From an uncultured bacterium (GTDB lineage Bacteria; RBG-13-66-14), in the NCBI GenBank assembly GCA_964581465.1, contig CAZOOP010000006.1, positions 13,766 through 77,765 of the forward strand: 64,000 bases of DNA. The letters run 5' to 3'. Within the stretch, counting starts at the first letter, position 1. The number at the start of each line of letters is the position of its first letter. The translations under genes and the position numbers were made by a program. A model generated the notes under the pieces. It ran no database searches and was not told where the DNA came from. It saw only the letters and a list, made by a program, of their open reading frames with translations. Below, piece after piece: positions 37,274-47,317 of the stretch.

Positions 37274-37838
37274 GGGATCGTATACCGTGTTCTGACCGAT
37301 GCATGTGTGTAACGCGCTGTTAACATAGGTGATGGGCTGTGATGCTCTGTCACCAGAAAGGGTCGCAAAAGTGGCGGAAAACAAGCAACCGACCGGCACA
37401 TCAGTTGCCAAAATGTAACCATGATAATCACTATAAGTTGGCCGATGGTAAGTATAAATGCAAGAGAAGTGGCATAAAATATACACACCGAATCCAAAAG
37501 AAAGCACGGCGCCGCCTAGCTTTAAAAGCTCAAGGTGGAATAGATCGTCAACACCGACGGCTTGAAGGCCTATAACAGGCTGTCACTCAACGGTTTTCAC
37601 TACAAGCGCATCAACAGCGACAAGGCCCTGGCCAATGGCGAGGTGCGTATCAACGGCCTCGATAACTGCCGGGGATGCGGCAAGCGACGGCAATAAGCCT
37701 ACCACGGCGGCTTCAAACGCAACGACAGGCTCTGTATCAGAGAAAGGCCGCCCAGATTCAGCCACAGAAACGACGACAAATGTCTCGACTACCTGCGGGA
37801 TACAGCGCTCAATTGGTCCGATCAGGTTACATGATCCC
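37274..37838 (+). pseudogene. IS1595-family insertion sequence remnant (internally deleted, frameshifted transposase)
   Basis: The ends are GGGATCGTATACCGTGTTCTGACC and GGTCCGATCAGGTTACATGATCCC. A zinc-ribbon remnant is present (LPKCNHDNHYKLADGKYKCKRSG). A second frame gives IVNTDGLKAYNRLSLNGFHYKRINSDKALANGEVRINGLDNC..KRR, the DDE_Tnp_IS1595 C-terminal pattern, followed by stops. Confidence 0.6.
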
Positions 37839-37989
37839 AAGTTTCATATCTGCTAAAGCAGCTATTTAAAAGCGTTCCGCCTCATTCCGCCTGGAAAGCC
37901 CAGCATGAAAACTGGAGTCGCGACTTGTCGACTCTCCGCGTCCTGTTGGAACACATCTGGTTTTGTGCCATCATTCAACGCACGGAAAG

Positions 37990-38171
37990 TGACAGCCTGC
38001 GCACCCATAAGACACCTAACAACAGGCTATTAGCGGTATATGCCTATTCAGGCAGGTGTGATAATCTTCTGGTTCAATTAGTACATTTTGTACATTTCCG
38101 AGAGGGGGTGTCGGGGAGCAGGCAAACCACTCTTTACTTGCCTGATTTGGTCCGAACAGGTTCCATGATGC
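37990..38171 (-). mobile_element. partial X-type MITE (left-end half only)
   Basis: It ends CCTGATTTGGTCCGAACAGGTTCCATGATGCC. The internal AACAACAGGCTATTAGCGGTAT matches the X body. Confidence 0.55.
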
Positions 38172-38408
38172 CTAATCCAAAAGGGTCTTCCACAGGTCTG
38201 ATCGGGTTGTGCCGCCAAGCTCGGGAGTCGAATCAAAGCTAACGTGAAGGTTGCGTACATAGGAGTGTGCAACACTGGAGCGACGGCGTGGTAAAACACG
38301 GCTGCGCCTTGACTCGGACGGCGCCCATATGCTAATCTACCGTCCCGCCGATAACGTTAAAATCAGGCGGTTTGATCCACGTCAAAATCTCGTTGTGAAA
38401 GAGGCGCG

Positions 38409-39623
38409 ATGAACATCCTGGTGCTCAATTGCGGTAGCTCCTCGGTCAAGTTCCAACTCCTGGAGATGACCGAGGAACGGTTATTGGCCAAAGGTCTGGT
38501 GGAGCGCATCGGCGCCGGACAGGCCCGGGTCAAGTACAAGACGCCGGGGGGCAAGCTAACCCGCGAGCCCGACGAAATCACTGATCACACCACGGCGGTG
38601 GCCTACGTCCTGGACCTGTTGACCAAGGGCGAGCAGGCCGTCGTCGACTCCCTTGACGACATCGCCGCCGTCGGCCACCGCGTGGTCCACGGCGGTGAGC
38701 GTTTCGCCGACAGCACCCTGATCACCGAAGAGGTCTACGGCAAGATCGAAGACTGCATACCCTTGGCACCGCTGCACAATCCGGCCAACCTCAAGGGCGT
38801 GGACGCCGTCACGGCCATCCTGCCCCGAGCGCCCCAGGTGGCCGTTTTCGACACCGCCTTCCACCAGACGATGCCCGAGACCAGCTACCTTTACGCCCTG
38901 CCGAGCTGGACCTATGAGCGCTACAGCATTCGACGCTACGGCTTTCACGGCACCAGTCACCGCTATGTCGCGGCTCGCTGCGCCGAGAAGATGAACCGTC
39001 CCATCGAGAAGCTCAAGCTGGTCACCTGTCATCTGGGCAACGGCGCCTCGGTCGCCGCCGTCGACAAAGGCACTAGCGTCGACACCTCGATGGGCTTCAC
39101 CCCCCTCGAGGGCCTGGTGATGGGCAGCCGCTGCGGCGACATCGACCCGGCCATCCCCCTGTTTTTGCAAAACAAAGAGAACCTGGACGCCAAAGAGGTC
39201 GACGCCCTGCTCAACCGCCAATCCGGCGTGCGCGGCCTCTCCGATGGCAAGTACATCGACATGCGCGACATCGAGGATCGCTACTTCGAGAACGATCCCG
39301 AATGCGTCAAGATCCTCCAGATCTACTGCTACCGCATCACCAAGTATATCGGCGCCTACGCCGCCGCCATGGGTGGTCTCGACGCCGTTATCTTCACCGC
39401 CGGCGTCGGCGAGAACTCGCCCATCGCACGGACCCTGACCTGCAAGCCCCTGGCCTTTCTCGGACTGGAGCTCGACGAGAGCCTCAACACAGAAAAGGCC
39501 CAACCCGGCTCGGGCTACGAAGGCCCCGTGACCACTCCGGACAGCGGCGTCGCCGTCTGGGTGGTGCCGACCAACGAGGAGCTGGTCATCGCCCGGGACA
39601 CCCGCGCCATCTGCACCGGCTGA
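38409..39623 (+). CDS. ackA: acetate kinase
   Basis: MNILVLNCGSSSVKFQL...GHRVVHGG...RRYGFHGTSH...FTAGVGENS. Confidence 0.95.
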   Translation: MNILVLNCGSSSVKFQLLEMTEERLLAKGLVERIGAGQARVKYKTPGGKLTREPDEITDHTTAVAYVLDLLTKGEQAVVDSLDDIAAVGHRVVHGGERFADSTLITEEVYGKIEDCIPLAPLHNPANLKGVDAVTAILPRAPQVAVFDTAFHQTMPETSYLYALPSWTYERYSIRRYGFHGTSHRYVAARCAEKMNRPIEKLKLVTCHLGNGASVAAVDKGTSVDTSMGFTPLEGLVMGSRCGDIDPAIPLFLQNKENLDAKEVDALLNRQSGVRGLSDGKYIDMRDIEDRYFENDPECVKILQIYCYRITKYIGAYAAAMGGLDAVIFTAGVGENSPIARTLTCKPLAFLGLELDESLNTEKAQPGSGYEGPVTTPDSGVAVWVVPTNEELVIARDTRAICTG

Positions 39624-39880
39624 GACCCGTCCCGACGATGTACCGCGTTATCCGAAGCTGACGGCCTTGCCAACTTGAGTAAATATTGGTAAGGTTCTGC
39701 TTCGTCGACAGGTGGATCGATCGCACGGATCGGACGCCGCCCGCCGGCAGCTCACCCGCATGGCATTCCGGCCTCGACCGCCGGTTAGACCGGTTACCCG
39801 TTGCGTTCTGTTCGATGTCAATCGGCGCCCCTCGCGCCGTCGAAGCCTTGACTCTTTACCGATACCACCAAGGAGTAAGC

Positions 39881-40075
39881 ATGGCCGTTCCCAAACGGCG
39901 GAAGTCCCGCTCCAAACGCGACATGCGTAAAGCCCACTGGGTGCGCAAGATCGCCGTCCCCAGCCTGACCACCTGCCCCAACTGCGGCGCGGCCAAGCTG
40001 CCCCACCGCATCTGCGCCGCCTGCGGACACTACAAGGGCCGCCAGATCATCATCCCGGTCAAGCAGGAAGAGTAG
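39881..40075 (+). CDS. rpmF: 50S ribosomal protein L32
   Basis: MAVPKRRKSRSKRDMRKAHW...CPNCG...CAACGHY, with RBS AAGGAG upstream. Confidence 0.95.
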   Translation: MAVPKRRKSRSKRDMRKAHWVRKIAVPSLTTCPNCGAAKLPHRICAACGHYKGRQIIIPVKQEE

Positions 40076-40188
40076 GACCGCCCCAGCGTTTTCGTCGGGA
40101 CTCGACCTTGTCGCGGTCCCGCCCTCCCCATACCGCCCGGGAGATCCGGTTATCCCCGATCCCCCGGGCGCGCCCCAACGGTATCTCC

Positions 40189-41223
40189 ATGCCCCGACCC
40201 ACCCCCGCCGCCGACGGCCGCTCCCCCATCGCCCTGGACGTGATGGGCGGCGACAACGCCCCCGGGGCGATCATCGCCGGGGCCGCGCTGGCGCGCAGGG
40301 CCGGGGTTGGCGAGCTTATCCTGGTCGGCCACCGCGACGAAGTGACGACGGAACTGCGCCGTCAGGGCTTGGATCCCGCTGATTGGCGCATCGAGCACGC
40401 CGCCCAGGTTGTGGCGATGGACGAGTCGCCGACCTACGCCCTCAAGCGCAAGCGCGACGCCTCGATCTCCGTGGCCACGCGCCTGGTAAAGAACGGCGAG
40501 GCGGCGGCCCTGGTTTCCGCCGGCTCCACCGGGGCTCAGGTCGTCAGCTCGATCCTCCACCTGGGCCGCCTGCCCGGTGTCGAACGCCCGGCCATCGCCG
40601 TGGCCGTCCCGGCCACCCACGGCTGGAGCGTGCTTATCGACGCCGGGGCCAATGAGCAGAACCGGGCCAGCCACCTGGTCGGCTTCGCCGTGATGGGCTC
40701 GCTCTATCTGGAGACGGCCTTCGACATTGAGAACCCCCGCGTCGGTCTGGTCTCCATCGGCGAGGAGCCCACCAAGGGCAACGACGTGGTCCGCGAGGCC
40801 TACAATCTGCTGGCCGCCAAGTCGGGCATAAACTTCACCGGCATGGTCGAGGGCCGGGGGCTCTACACCGGCGGCGCCGACGTGGTGGTCTGCGACGGCT
40901 TCGTCGGCAATGTGCTGCTCAAGTTCAGCGAGTCCGCGGCGCGCTGGGTGGCCCACCACCTGCGCGAGGGTATGCGCCGCCGCCCCCTGGTGACCTTGGG
41001 CGGCCTGCTGATGAAGCCGGCCTTCCGTCACTTCAAGCAGGTGGCCGGGGCCTCCTCCATCGGCGGCGCGCCGCTGCTCGGCGTCCGGGGGATCAGCATC
41101 ATCGCCCACGGCTCCTCGAACGCCGAGGCGATCATGAACGCCTGCAAGGCCGCCCGACACTTGGTCGACAGCGAGATCAACCGCCAGATCAGCGAGAAGA
41201 TGGCCCTGGGCGACGGGGACTGA
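40189..41223 (+). CDS. plsX: phosphate acyltransferase PlsX
   Basis: IALDVMGGDNAP...SAGSTGA...DGFVGNVLLK. The ATG at 40189 was chosen over the TTG at 40108. Confidence 0.9.
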   Translation: MPRPTPAADGRSPIALDVMGGDNAPGAIIAGAALARRAGVGELILVGHRDEVTTELRRQGLDPADWRIEHAAQVVAMDESPTYALKRKRDASISVATRLVKNGEAAALVSAGSTGAQVVSSILHLGRLPGVERPAIAVAVPATHGWSVLIDAGANEQNRASHLVGFAVMGSLYLETAFDIENPRVGLVSIGEEPTKGNDVVREAYNLLAAKSGINFTGMVEGRGLYTGGADVVVCDGFVGNVLLKFSESAARWVAHHLREGMRRRPLVTLGGLLMKPAFRHFKQVAGASSIGGAPLLGVRGISIIAHGSSNAEAIMNACKAARHLVDSEINRQISEKMALGDGD

Positions 41224-41376
41224 TCAGGCGCAGCCCGCGGCCGGTCGCTCCGGGGCCGTCTGTACAACTCGCGAGGCTGTCCCCGCGGCACTTGACCTTA
41301 CTTTACAGCTATCGGCATTCGACGCCAAGACGACACGCCATCGGAAAACGAGCCCGTGCCCCAGAGAGGTGAGATC

Positions 41377-42360
41377 ATGGCCAACGCCGGCATCATCGGA
41401 ATCGGCTCCTACCTGCCCGAGAAGGTCTTGACCAACAGTGACCTGGAGAAGGTGGTCGACACCTCGGACGAATGGATCCGCACCCGCACCGGGATGCGCG
41501 AGCGGCACATCGCCGCCGAGGATCAGTCCGCCAGCGACCTGGCCTTCATCGCGGCCCAGAGCGCTCTGGAGACCGCAGGTATCGCCGCCGACCAGCTCGA
41601 CGCCGTCATCCTGGCCACGGTCTGTCCCGACTACCTCTTCCCCTCGACGGCCTGCGTGCTGCAGGACAAGCTGGGGGCCAAGAAGGCCGGGGCCTTCGAC
41701 CTCTCGGCGGGCTGCGCCGGTTTCGCCAGCGCCATGTCCGTGGCCGACGCCTACATCAAGAGTGGGATGATGGAGAACATCCTGGTGGTCGGCGTCGAGG
41801 TGCTCTCGCGCTTCACCAACTGGGAAGACCGCAACACCTGCGTGCTCTTCGGCGACGGCGCCGGGGCGGCCGTGGTCAGCGCCGTGGACGAGGAGGGCCT
41901 GCTGGCCGACTTCATCAAGGCCGACGGTTCCGGCGGACCCTTCCTGATCCAGCCCGCCGGCGGCTCGGTCAACCCGGCCACCCACGAGACCGTGGACAAG
42001 AAGATGCACTACGTCCACATGTCGGGCCAGGACGTCTTCAAGAGCGCGGTGCGGGCGATGGTCGAGGGCGCCCGGGCGGTGCTCGAGCAGGCCGGTTACC
42101 AGAGCGAGGACATCGACCTGCTGGTTCCGCATCAGGCCAACATTCGCATCATCGAGGCCGTGCGCAAGCGCCTTGAGGTCCCTCCGGAGCGGGCCTTCGT
42201 CAACATCGAACGCCAGGCCAACACCTCGGCCGCCACCATCCCCATCTGCCTCGACGAGGCCTATCGCTCGGGGCGTCTCAACCGGGGCGATCTGGTCTGC
42301 ACCACCACCTTCGGCGCCGGTTTCGCCTGGGCGGCGAACCTGCTGCGCTGGATCATCTGA
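41377..42360 (+). CDS. fabH: beta-ketoacyl-ACP synthase III
   Basis: GSYLPEKVLTN.DLE..VDTSDEWI..RTG...AGCAGF...HQAN.RI...GNTSAA. Confidence 0.95.
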   Translation: MANAGIIGIGSYLPEKVLTNSDLEKVVDTSDEWIRTRTGMRERHIAAEDQSASDLAFIAAQSALETAGIAADQLDAVILATVCPDYLFPSTACVLQDKLGAKKAGAFDLSAGCAGFASAMSVADAYIKSGMMENILVVGVEVLSRFTNWEDRNTCVLFGDGAGAAVVSAVDEEGLLADFIKADGSGGPFLIQPAGGSVNPATHETVDKKMHYVHMSGQDVFKSAVRAMVEGARAVLEQAGYQSEDIDLLVPHQANIRIIEAVRKRLEVPPERAFVNIERQANTSAATIPICLDEAYRSGRLNRGDLVCTTTFGAGFAWAANLLRWII

Positions 42361-42439
42361 CACCGCAACCCCGGGGGATGTATCATATATTGTAGATAGG
42401 GGGATCTCCACGGCAGTTCACCCCAGCAAAAGGACCCCC

Positions 42440-43060
42440 ATGCGAATCATGCTTCCGGCCCTGCTGGCCCTGGCTTTCGTCGTCGGTTCGGCTCAGGCCG
42501 AGCCCGTCGAGGCCCGCGACGTCGACCCGCCGACCACCCGGGTCGGCATCCACATCGGCCTGGGGCTGGGTTACCGCAACGTCTTCAGCGACACCCTGCC
42601 CGACGGCGCCGACCAGTCCTGCTGGCTGGGGCGCTTCGAGATCGGTCTCTCCTACGCCAAGCTCATCGGCGTCAAGTTCCAGCTCGGCATCGGAACCTTC
42701 GACTGGACCATCGAGGAGAACCGCGAGGTGCCCATGGGCCATTACCTGCAGAGCGTGGATCTCTACACCCTGATCCCCCTGGGCGAGCGCTGGCGCCTGC
42801 GCCCCGCCGCCGGTTACACCTTCTCCTCCAACCTCGTCGACTCCCAGGGCACCGGCTTCGGCGGCGCCCAGGGCTTTCATCTCCAGTTGGCCGGGGAGTT
42901 CCAGCTCAAAGAGGTGCTCTGGCTCAGCGCCGGCGTCGGCTACCACCTCACCGGCGAATACGCTGATATCGACATCGACGAATCCGAGGTGATCATCCCA
43001 GACAGCGTCGACGCCCAACACCTGGACATGTTCTTCCAGATCGTGTTCAGTCTCGAGTAG
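42440..43060 (+). CDS. small outer-membrane beta-barrel-like protein
   Basis: Signal peptide MRIMLPALLALAFVVGSAQA, alternating-hydrophobic strands, and a C-terminal F-x-x-x-F-like end (QIVFSLE). Confidence 0.55.
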   Translation: MRIMLPALLALAFVVGSAQAEPVEARDVDPPTTRVGIHIGLGLGYRNVFSDTLPDGADQSCWLGRFEIGLSYAKLIGVKFQLGIGTFDWTIEENREVPMGHYLQSVDLYTLIPLGERWRLRPAAGYTFSSNLVDSQGTGFGGAQGFHLQLAGEFQLKEVLWLSAGVGYHLTGEYADIDIDESEVIIPDSVDAQHLDMFFQIVFSLE

Positions 43061-43100
43061 CACCGGTCAATCCCCAACCTCAACCCCACCCACCACCATC

Positions 43101-44039
43101 ATGAAAATCGCCGCGCTCTTTCCCGGTCAGGGCTCCCAGGAGGTCGGCATGGGCCGCAGCCTTTACGAAGCGCTGCCCACGGCCCGCCGCCTCTTCGACA
43201 CCGCCGACGAGGTCCTGGGTTACCCCCTGACCCGACTTATGTTCGAGGGTCCCGCCGAGGAACTCACCGCCACCGAGAACACCCAGCCCGCCATCTACCT
43301 CGCCAGCTACGCCGCCTGGGCCTGTCTGCGCGAAAGGCTGCCCGATCTCGACTGGGACAGCGCCGCCGGACACTCTCTGGGCGAGTACTCGGCCTACGCC
43401 GCCGCCGGAACCCTCAGCTTCGAGGAAGGCCTGCGCTTGGTCCGCCGCCGCGGAGAGTTGATCCGTGACGCCGCCCGCGATAACCCGGGCACCATGGCCG
43501 CCCTGATCGGACTGGACGAGGGAAGGGTCGAAGAGCTGCTGGCCGAACTGCCCGATCCCCGACCCATAGAGCCGGCCACGATCAACTCTCCGGTGCAGAT
43601 CGTCGTCGCCGGCAGGCGCGCGGCCCTGGAGGAGTTCGTCGAACGCGCCAAAGAGGCCGGCGCCAAGCGCGCCGTGGTCCTGGACGTCAGCGGACCCTTC
43701 CACACCAGCTTCATCGCCGAGGCCGGACGACGCCTGGCCGATGAGCTGGCCGCCCTGGAGCTCGGCGAGCCGGCTTTCCCCGTGGCGACCAACGTCACCG
43801 GCGCGCCCGCCGCCGACGTCGCGGAGATCAAAAACACCCTGGCCCGCCAGGTGGCCGAACCGGTGCGCTGGCTGGACTGCGCCCGCTGGCTCACCAATCG
43901 CGGCGTCGAGACCGCCGTCGAGTTCGGTCACGGCCGGGTGATCGCCGGACTGATGAAGCGCTCGGCCAAGGGGCTCAAGGTTCTGAGCCTGGGCGATCCC
44001 GAGGGCTTGGAGAAGGCGATCGAATCCCTGACTTCCTAG
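43101..44039 (+). CDS. fabD: malonyl CoA-ACP transacylase
   Basis: FPGQGSQ.VGM, GHSLGEYSA, and a VSGPFHT-like motif. Confidence 0.95.
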   Translation: MKIAALFPGQGSQEVGMGRSLYEALPTARRLFDTADEVLGYPLTRLMFEGPAEELTATENTQPAIYLASYAAWACLRERLPDLDWDSAAGHSLGEYSAYAAAGTLSFEEGLRLVRRRGELIRDAARDNPGTMAALIGLDEGRVEELLAELPDPRPIEPATINSPVQIVVAGRRAALEEFVERAKEAGAKRAVVLDVSGPFHTSFIAEAGRRLADELAALELGEPAFPVATNVTGAPAADVAEIKNTLARQVAEPVRWLDCARWLTNRGVETAVEFGHGRVIAGLMKRSAKGLKVLSLGDPEGLEKAIESLTS

Positions 44040-44162
44040 TGTCCGTTCCACCCTGTGTAAAGCTGCATCGGCGCAACTGATCACGGCGGCACCGGAACCG
44101 ATGAAAACCTACACGGGAATAATCCTTGTTTTGCAGGTGTGGAGTAATATCTCGGAGGACCC

Positions 44163-45836
44163 ATGGAAAACCCGGCGGAGAGTAGCATGCGGGTGCGACC
44201 GGCGGTGGCCGATTCTCGCACTCCTCGCTACCTGCTGTTGGCCCTGGTGCTGCTCTGGGGAGTCTGGGCGACGCTGAACTACAACCTCAACGAGGACGCC
44301 TTCATATCCCTGCGCTACGTCGAGAACCTCGTCGAGGGCGAGGGGCTGGTCTACAACCCCGGCGTGCGCGACGAGGCCTATTCGAATCTCTTCTGGATCC
44401 TGCTGCTGGCCCTACCGACGCTGCTGGGTGTTCCCGCGGTGGTCTCCGCGCCTGCCCTGGGTATCCTCTGCGGGGCGGCGACGATCTACCTGGTCTGGCT
44501 TATCGCCAAACGCTTGACGCCTCGTCGACGATGGGCGCCCCTGGCGGCGGCGCTGGTGACGGCGGCGTTCTATCCGCTGCTCGTCTGGTCGGGCTCGGGC
44601 CTGGAAACCCCGCTGTTCACCCTGCTGTTGACCGCGGCCGCCCTGGTGCACCTGCGTCCGAAGAGCGGTCGCTTCCCCTGGACGGGACTGCTGCTGGGCT
44701 TGGCGGCCTGGACCCGGCCCGAGGGTCTGGCCTTCATCGTTGTCTTCGCGTTCCACCATTGGTTCTACCGGCGTCGCGGCGCGGAAACGGGATCGCGTTT
44801 AAGCGATCTATTGGTCGTTTTGGGCCTGGTCGCCGCCCAGTTCCTCTTCCGCCGCTTCTACTACGGCCTCTGGTTACCCCTGCCTGCCTATGTCAAGGCC
44901 GGCGGCTCTCTGGTCCAGCTCAAATACGGTCTGGGCTACATCCTCTTCTGGCTGCTGGTCCGGGCGCCGCTGCTATTGGCTCTACCGGCTCTCTGGGGAC
45001 TCATCAAGCGTTGGCGTCGCCCCGCCGCGGGTCTCTTCACCCTGATGCTCGCCGCCCAGTTCGCCTTCATCATCTACGCCGGCGGAGACTACATGGCCCA
45101 TTACCGCTTTTTGGTCCCGGTGATGCCGGCCCTGGTCCTGCTGGCCTTGATCGGCGGCGATGAGCTGCTGGACCGGATGAAAGGCGAGCGTCCGCGGGCC
45201 TGGGCGATGTGGACGCTGACGGCGGCCTTCGTCCTCTGGAGTCAGCTCGGTCACCTCGGAGACTACGCACACCGCTTGGCTGCCGAGGAAACACAACTGC
45301 ACAACTACCCCAAGCAGGTGGTGGGGGCCTACCTGCGGGAGGTCCTGCCCGACGAGGCCGCGCTGGCCTGCGGATCGGCCGGCGGACTGGCCTATTTCTC
45401 GGGCCTGACCCTCTACGACTTCGCCGGTCTGTGCAACGCCGAGGCCGCCCTCAACGGCGAGGTGCGCCACGAGGGCATGGCGGGGCACCACCTGGCCTAT
45501 CCGGAGTTGATCGATAAACACGAGCCCTGGCTGGTCTTCATCAATCCCAACGCCGTTGACGCTGAGAAACTGGGAGACTGGCTGGCCGGCGAGACGGCGA
45601 CTCCGGGCTACGCCTTCGACGATCTAAGCTTCCCCAACCGGGAGATGCTCGATCACCCGGTGCTGACCCGGGATTATCGACCGATGTTCGCCCGGGTGGA
45701 CGCGGGCGATGCAGTCGCTGAGGGTGGAGAACTGTACGTCAGCCTCTACGCCCGACGGGGCGAGGTCGAGGAGTTCATGAAGAGCGCGGGCGCCGTGCCC
45801 GTGGTCCCGCAAACGCCCGTCGAGAGCGCTCAGTAA
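44163..45836 (+). CDS. polytopic membrane protein, GT-C-like glycosyltransferase fold suspected
   Basis: An N-terminal NEDAFISLRYVENLVEGEGLVYNPG motif precedes more than 10 TM segments. Family assignment is uncertain. Confidence 0.5.
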   Translation: MENPAESSMRVRPAVADSRTPRYLLLALVLLWGVWATLNYNLNEDAFISLRYVENLVEGEGLVYNPGVRDEAYSNLFWILLLALPTLLGVPAVVSAPALGILCGAATIYLVWLIAKRLTPRRRWAPLAAALVTAAFYPLLVWSGSGLETPLFTLLLTAAALVHLRPKSGRFPWTGLLLGLAAWTRPEGLAFIVVFAFHHWFYRRRGAETGSRLSDLLVVLGLVAAQFLFRRFYYGLWLPLPAYVKAGGSLVQLKYGLGYILFWLLVRAPLLLALPALWGLIKRWRRPAAGLFTLMLAAQFAFIIYAGGDYMAHYRFLVPVMPALVLLALIGGDELLDRMKGERPRAWAMWTLTAAFVLWSQLGHLGDYAHRLAAEETQLHNYPKQVVGAYLREVLPDEAALACGSAGGLAYFSGLTLYDFAGLCNAEAALNGEVRHEGMAGHHLAYPELIDKHEPWLVFINPNAVDAEKLGDWLAGETATPGYAFDDLSFPNREMLDHPVLTRDYRPMFARVDAGDAVAEGGELYVSLYARRGEVEEFMKSAGAVPVVPQTPVESAQ

Positions 45837-45862
45837 ACCGCTGGTTTAGCGTCAGTTGCCCG

Positions 45863-45891
45863 TTGACACTCCCCAGCGCCTTTGCTACACT
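45863..45891 (+). promoter_or_regulatory. sigma70-type promoter candidate for the membrane-protein cluster
   Basis: TTGACA-17 nt-TACACT, 88 nt upstream of the ATG at 45979. Confidence 0.5.
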
Positions 45892-45978
45892 GTCAGACAT
45901 ATTCTTGCCTCAAGACGGCGCATCATCATCGTTGTCATGGTTCTATCCATTATCATCCATGTGGGAAGGGAGTCCGAA

Positions 45979-47184
45979 ATGACCGGTAGAGAGAAAACTC
46001 TCGCCACGGCAGCGCTACTCATCGGCCTGCTGTCACCGGTCTCGGTCCTCGCCCAATCCGGCGAGGAGTACCTCTACCCCTTGGTCGACCTGCCGCCGGC
46101 GCAGCCGATGGGTGTCATCGCCGAGGATCATCCCAACGATTCCGGCGAGCAGATCAACCTGAGCTGGACCCTTTCCATCGATGATCCGCGACGGGGCCGC
46201 GGTCGGGGCAATGTGGTCGCCTACCACATCCTGCGCAAACCCGCCGAGGTCGAGGGGGCGGAGTTCACCCTCATCGATCAGGTCTCCGCCGGCGTGGGTT
46301 TCTACAGCGACACGACCTGTGAGCCTGACGAATCCTACATCTACCGCATCGGCGCCAGCAACGGCAAGTCCATCGGCTACTCCGATCCCACGGTTCCCAT
46401 CATCTCGGCCTCGCACTTCTTCCACTCCCAGCGCTGGAACGCCCTGATCGGAGTGCTGCTGCTCTCGGGCCTGTTGATCTACTTCATCTACAGCGCCCGC
46501 CAGGGCAAGGAGCTCTTCATCCGGCGCATCGCCGGACTGGATGCCGTGGAAGAGGCCCTGGGCCGCGCCACGGAGATGGGCAAACCCATCCTCTACGTTT
46601 CCGGTCTGTCGCCCATCAACGATGTGGCCACCATCGCTTCGGTCAACATCCTGGGCCAGGTGGCTCGCAAGGCGGCGGTCTATGAGATTCGTTTGATCGT
46701 CCCCTGCTACGATCCCATCGTGATGGCCGTGGAGCGCGAGGTCGTCAAGGAGGCCTATCTCGATGTGGGCCGCCCCGACGCCTACAATTCCAACGATGTC
46801 TTCTTCGTCACCCAGTCCCAATTCGCCTACGCCGCCGCAGTCAACGGCATCATGATGCGCGAGAAACCGGCGACGAACTTCTATATGGGCAAGTTCTTCG
46901 CCGAGTCGCTGATTCTGGCCGAGACCGGCGCCTCCACCGGCGCGATCCAGATCGCCGGCACCGACGCCGTCGTCCAGATCCCCTTCTTCATCACCGCCTG
47001 CGACTACTGCATCATGGGCGAGGAGCTTTACGCGGCCAGCGCCTATATGAGCCGCGAACCTCTTCTTTTGGGTGGCCTGAAGGGCCAGGACTGGGCCAAG
47101 TACATCGTCGGCGCCCTGATTCTCATCGGGGTGGTGACCAGCTTCTTCACCACCTGGTTCGCCGAGTTGTTCAACGTCACCTAG
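45979..47184 (+). CDS. uncharacterised membrane protein A (signal peptide, FN3-like ectodomain, TM, conserved domain, C-terminal TM)
   Basis: RBS GGGAAGGGAG. 401 aa. More than 90% identical by eye to the next gene. Confidence 0.75.
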   Translation: MTGREKTLATAALLIGLLSPVSVLAQSGEEYLYPLVDLPPAQPMGVIAEDHPNDSGEQINLSWTLSIDDPRRGRGRGNVVAYHILRKPAEVEGAEFTLIDQVSAGVGFYSDTTCEPDESYIYRIGASNGKSIGYSDPTVPIISASHFFHSQRWNALIGVLLLSGLLIYFIYSARQGKELFIRRIAGLDAVEEALGRATEMGKPILYVSGLSPINDVATIASVNILGQVARKAAVYEIRLIVPCYDPIVMAVEREVVKEAYLDVGRPDAYNSNDVFFVTQSQFAYAAAVNGIMMREKPATNFYMGKFFAESLILAETGASTGAIQIAGTDAVVQIPFFITACDYCIMGEELYAASAYMSREPLLLGGLKGQDWAKYIVGALILIGVVTSFFTTWFAELFNVT

Positions 47185-47317
47185 GCTACCTCCGCATCCG
47201 GGTTTCAAGTCCGACTACAGGAGAAAGCCGGCGTCGTCACTTGGTTCGCCTTACTAAGCTTGCTGCAGTGCTACATCTTTCCGGGATATTCGGCAAAACA
47301 ACTCGAAAAGGAGCGAG

